A DNA stretch of 64,000 nucleotides from an uncultured Pseudomonadota bacterium (GTDB taxonomy: Bacteria; Myxococcota_A; Polyangia; Fen-1088): positions 64,001 to 128,000 of the forward strand of contig CAWKBC010000017.1 of the NCBI GenBank assembly GCA_963847705.1, read 5' to 3'. The stretch's first letter is position 1. Every line of letters begins with the position of its first letter. This document shows, in pieces, positions 61,164 to 64,000 of the stretch. The position numbers were made by a program, and so were the translations under genes. The notes under the pieces are model-generated. The model saw nothing but the letters and a program-made list of their open reading frames with translations, had not been told where the DNA came from and ran no database searches.

Positions 61164-62940
61164 ATGAAATTCGTCTGCGATCGCTGCCAGACCAAGTATT
61201 CAATCGCGGACGAAAAGGTCCGCGGGAAGATTCTCAAGGTCCGCTGCAAAGCCTGCACGAACATCATCACCGTGCGGGAAGAGGGTGCGGCCGCCGGTGC
61301 TGCGGCCGTCCGCAAGCCGTCCGCGCCCGTGGCGCCGGTCGGGTCGCCGGGTGGGGCGCCGGCTGGATCTTCGGGCGCCGCGCCCCCGGCCCGTCCCCCC
61401 ACGCCGGCCGCGCCGCGCACGCCGCTCGGGCCGCCGGCCACGGCGCCGATTCGAGCGCCGGGCCGCGCCGCGACCGGAGCCACCCGCTGACGACGGCATC
61501 GCCTGGTACATGGCGCTTGACGGCAACCGCACCGGACCGTTCTCGCGCAAGCAGCTCATCGACAGGGTCGCGCCGCTCCCCAAGGACGCCGATCTGCACG
61601 TCTGGAACGAGAAGCTGGGGAGCTGGAAGCCGCCCACCGAGGTGCCGGCGCTGGCGCACGATCTGGCCGCGCGGCGCCGCCCGCCGACACCGGTGCCTAT
61701 GCCGCCTCCGCCGCCGCCATTTCCGGGCGCTCCCCGGCGCCCGACCGCGCCGCCTGTTCCCGTTCCGGTTGCGGCGGCCTCGGCACCGGCGCCCGCGCGC
61801 CAGACGGGCGCCCACCCCGTCGTCGGCCATGCCATCGGTCCCGGCGTCGGGCTGAAGCTGCCCCCGCCCGTCGCGCCGCCGGGGGGCCGTCGCCCGACCG
61901 GACCGGTCGCGCGGCCGGTGGGTCTGTTCGGGGCGGAGCCGGCACCGGTGCCCGCTTCCAGCTCCGAGGGCGGCCTCGACATCGATCCCTCCTCCATGCT
62001 CGAGACCCCGGCGCCGCAGCTGCACATGCTGCAGGGGCTGGGCACGAATGGCGTCGCGCACGCCGAGCAGCCGGCGTCGGCCTCGAACGGCACCTCCACC
62101 TCGGCCGACAAGTCCGACGTCCTCAACACGTTGAACCTCGCCTCGGCCTCCGGGGCGGGGCCGGCGCCGCGGCTGCTCTCGTCGGAGGCGGTCGTCGGCT
62201 GGCAGCCGAGCGCCGGCGAAGCCCCGGGCGCGCGCCTGCGCACCACCCGCATCCTCCTGGCGCTCCTCGGCGTCATCGCGCTCGTCTGCGTCGTCCTCTT
62301 CCTCAACGTCGCGAAGAAGCCGAAACAGGCGGCTTCGTTGCCGTCGAAGACGGTCACCGACCCGCTGGCCGGCGTGGTCGACAATCCGCCGCCCCCGTCG
62401 CCGCCCACGCCCTCCCAGCCGCCGCCGTCCGTCGCTCCGACGCCGGAAGCTGCGCCGGAAGCGCGCGGTCACGCGAAGGCCCGTCCGTTGGCGCGCGGCA
62501 AAGCCGCGGCGCCCACCTCCCCGACCTCCCCGCCGCCGGTCGGCGCGCCGGCGACGCCGCCGCCGCCGGCGGAGGCGGACAACTCGGCCAACGCCCGCTA
62601 CCGCGACGGCCACAACCTGAACATCAGCGGGGGGAGCGGCATCCAGCGTCCCGCGCCGTCGCAGTCCGACATCTCGCGCGTCATCAACAACAACCGGGGC
62701 GGGATCAAGAACTGCTACCAGCGCGCGCTGCTGCGCGACAACAGCCTCACCCACGGCAAGATCAGCGTGAAGGTCACGATCGGGATCTCCGGACGGGTCA
62801 AGCACACCGGGATCGACGGGCCGCCGCAGTTCCGTTCGCTCGAGCCCTGCATCAAGGAGGTCGTCGGGCGCTGGGCCTTCCCGCAGGCCAGCGACGAGTA
62901 CGGCACCGAGTTCGTCTACGTCTTCCAGGGGAACGAGTAG
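61164..62940 (+). CDS. Zinc-ribbon / GYF / TM / TonB-like C-terminal protein (AgmX/GltJ-like), frameshift near 61450
   Basis: MKFVCDRCQTKYSIADEKVRGK..KVRCKAC; WYMALDG..TGPF...VWNE (GYF_2-like); IKNCYQRAL...GKI.V...I..SGRV...WAFP. Removing one T in CCGATTCG joins the frames. Confidence 0.85.
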
Positions 62941-62982
62941 GCGCGTGGCCCGGCGTGCTAGCTTGAGTCGAGGCCCAGCAAC

Positions 62983-64000
62983 TTGTTCAAGCACCCGTAC
63001 GCCGCGTTTCTGAGTAAGGTCGAAAAGCCGTCGCGCTACGTGGGCGGCGAGTACCAGGAGGCGCGCAAGGATCCGGCGGCGGTGACCGCCCGCATCTGCC
63101 TGGCCTTCCCCGACGTCTACGAGATCGGGATGTCGCACCTGGGGACGAAGATCCTCTACGGCGTCCTCAACAAGACCGATGGGATCGCCTGCGAGCGGGT
63201 GTTCTCGCCCTGGCTCGACTGCGAGGCCGAGCTGCGCGCGCGTGGGTTACCCCTGGTGACGCTGGAGACGGCGACGCCGGTGGGCGAGTTCGACGTGGTC
63301 GGCTTCTCGCTGCAGTACGAGCTCACCTATACGAATGTCCTGACCATCATGGACCTGGCCGGGATCCCGCTGCGCGCAGCGGACCGCGACGATCGGGCGC
63401 CGCTGGTCATCGCCGGCGGCCCGACCGCCACCCACCCCGAGCCGCTGGCGCCGTTCATCGACGCCTTCTTCATCGGTGAGGCGGAGGAGGCGCTGCCGCC
63501 GCTCGTGCGTGAGGCGGCCGAGCTGCGGCGCGCGGGCGTCTCGCGGCGGGAGCGGCTCTGCCGGCTGGCCGAGAAGTATCCGCTCTACGTCCCCGAGCTC
63601 TACGCCACGGAGCTCGACGAGGAGAGCGGCCTCCTGGTTGTGGGCACTCCGCTCGATCCGCGCGTGCCGGCCCGGCCGCGCCGCGTGCTGGTGGCGGACA
63701 TCAACAAGTTTCCCTTCCCCGACGACTCGCCGCTGCCCTACGCCGAGGCGATCTTCGATCGCATGGCGGTCGAGGTGGCGCGCGGCTGCACCGAAGGGTG
63801 CCGCTTCTGCCAGGCGGGGATGATCTACCGCCCGGTGCGCGAGCGCGATCCGGTGGCGGTGATCGACGCGCTGGTCGAGGGGGTGAAGAAGGGCGGCTAC
63901 GACGAGACGGCGCTGACCTCGCTGTCGATGGCCGACTACTCCTGCGTGACGCCGCTGGTGAAGGCGGCCATGGCCAAGCTGGCGCCCGAGAAGGTCTCGC
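62983..64000 (+). CDS. B12-binding-type radical SAM protein (TIGR03960-like), 3' end outside the window
   Basis: Manual translation: VEKPSRYVGGE, LAFPDVYEIGMSHLG, GFSLQYEL, RGCTEGCRFCQAG (CxxxCxxC). Confidence 0.9.
   Translation, partial: MFKHPYAAFLSKVEKPSRYVGGEYQEARKDPAAVTARICLAFPDVYEIGMSHLGTKILYGVLNKTDGIACERVFSPWLDCEAELRARGLPLVTLETATPVGEFDVVGFSLQYELTYTNVLTIMDLAGIPLRAADRDDRAPLVIAGGPTATHPEPLAPFIDAFFIGEAEEALPPLVREAAELRRAGVSRRERLCRLAEKYPLYVPELYATELDEESGLLVVGTPLDPRVPARPRRVLVADINKFPFPDDSPLPYAEAIFDRMAVEVARGCTEGCRFCQAGMIYRPVRERDPVAVIDALVEGVKKGGYDETALTSLSMADYSCVTPLVKAAMAKLAPEKVS

Overview
Very GC-rich bacterial DNA with a Myxococcota-like gene repertoire (two Hanks-type Ser/Thr kinases, PEGA proteins, an aglRQS-like TolQ/TolR/TolR triad, an AgmX/GltJ-like ZnR-GYF-TonB protein, a TonB-fused receptor). 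About 48 genes. I saw no rRNA, tRNA, CRISPR array or mobile element. Main blocks: (i) 1-18.8 kb kinases, a TPR peptidase, hppA, the motor triad and an M16 peptidase pair; (ii) 18.9-33.8 kb an ECF sigma, then a tightly packed run of two TPR/DUF3857 proteins, an orphan peptide-binding lipoprotein, a HAMP-GAF histidine kinase, a REC-GGDEF cyclase and gpsA; (iii) 36.9-59.8 kb a heme-copper oxidase cluster (SCO, fused heme A/heme O synthase, coxB/coxA, two subunit III genes, cytochrome c) with a ~12.4 kb metal-uptake island inside it (TonB-receptor, lipoproteins, ExbB-ExbD, TonB, ZnuCBA-like ABC, outer-membrane barrel); (iv) a kinase, the GltJ-like gene and a partial radical SAM gene. Best candidate for a new system: two paralogous ~140-aa His/Cys-rich leader ORFs ending in LASAPKTSPP. 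Each sits directly upstream of a metal-uptake gene, and their terminal codons can base-pair with downstream GGAGG elements. This looks like a CruR/DUF2946-type metal-sensing ribosome-stalling attenuator with a non-RAPP arrest motif (inference). Three frameshifts share the same CCGATTC context and are probably sequencing artefacts.
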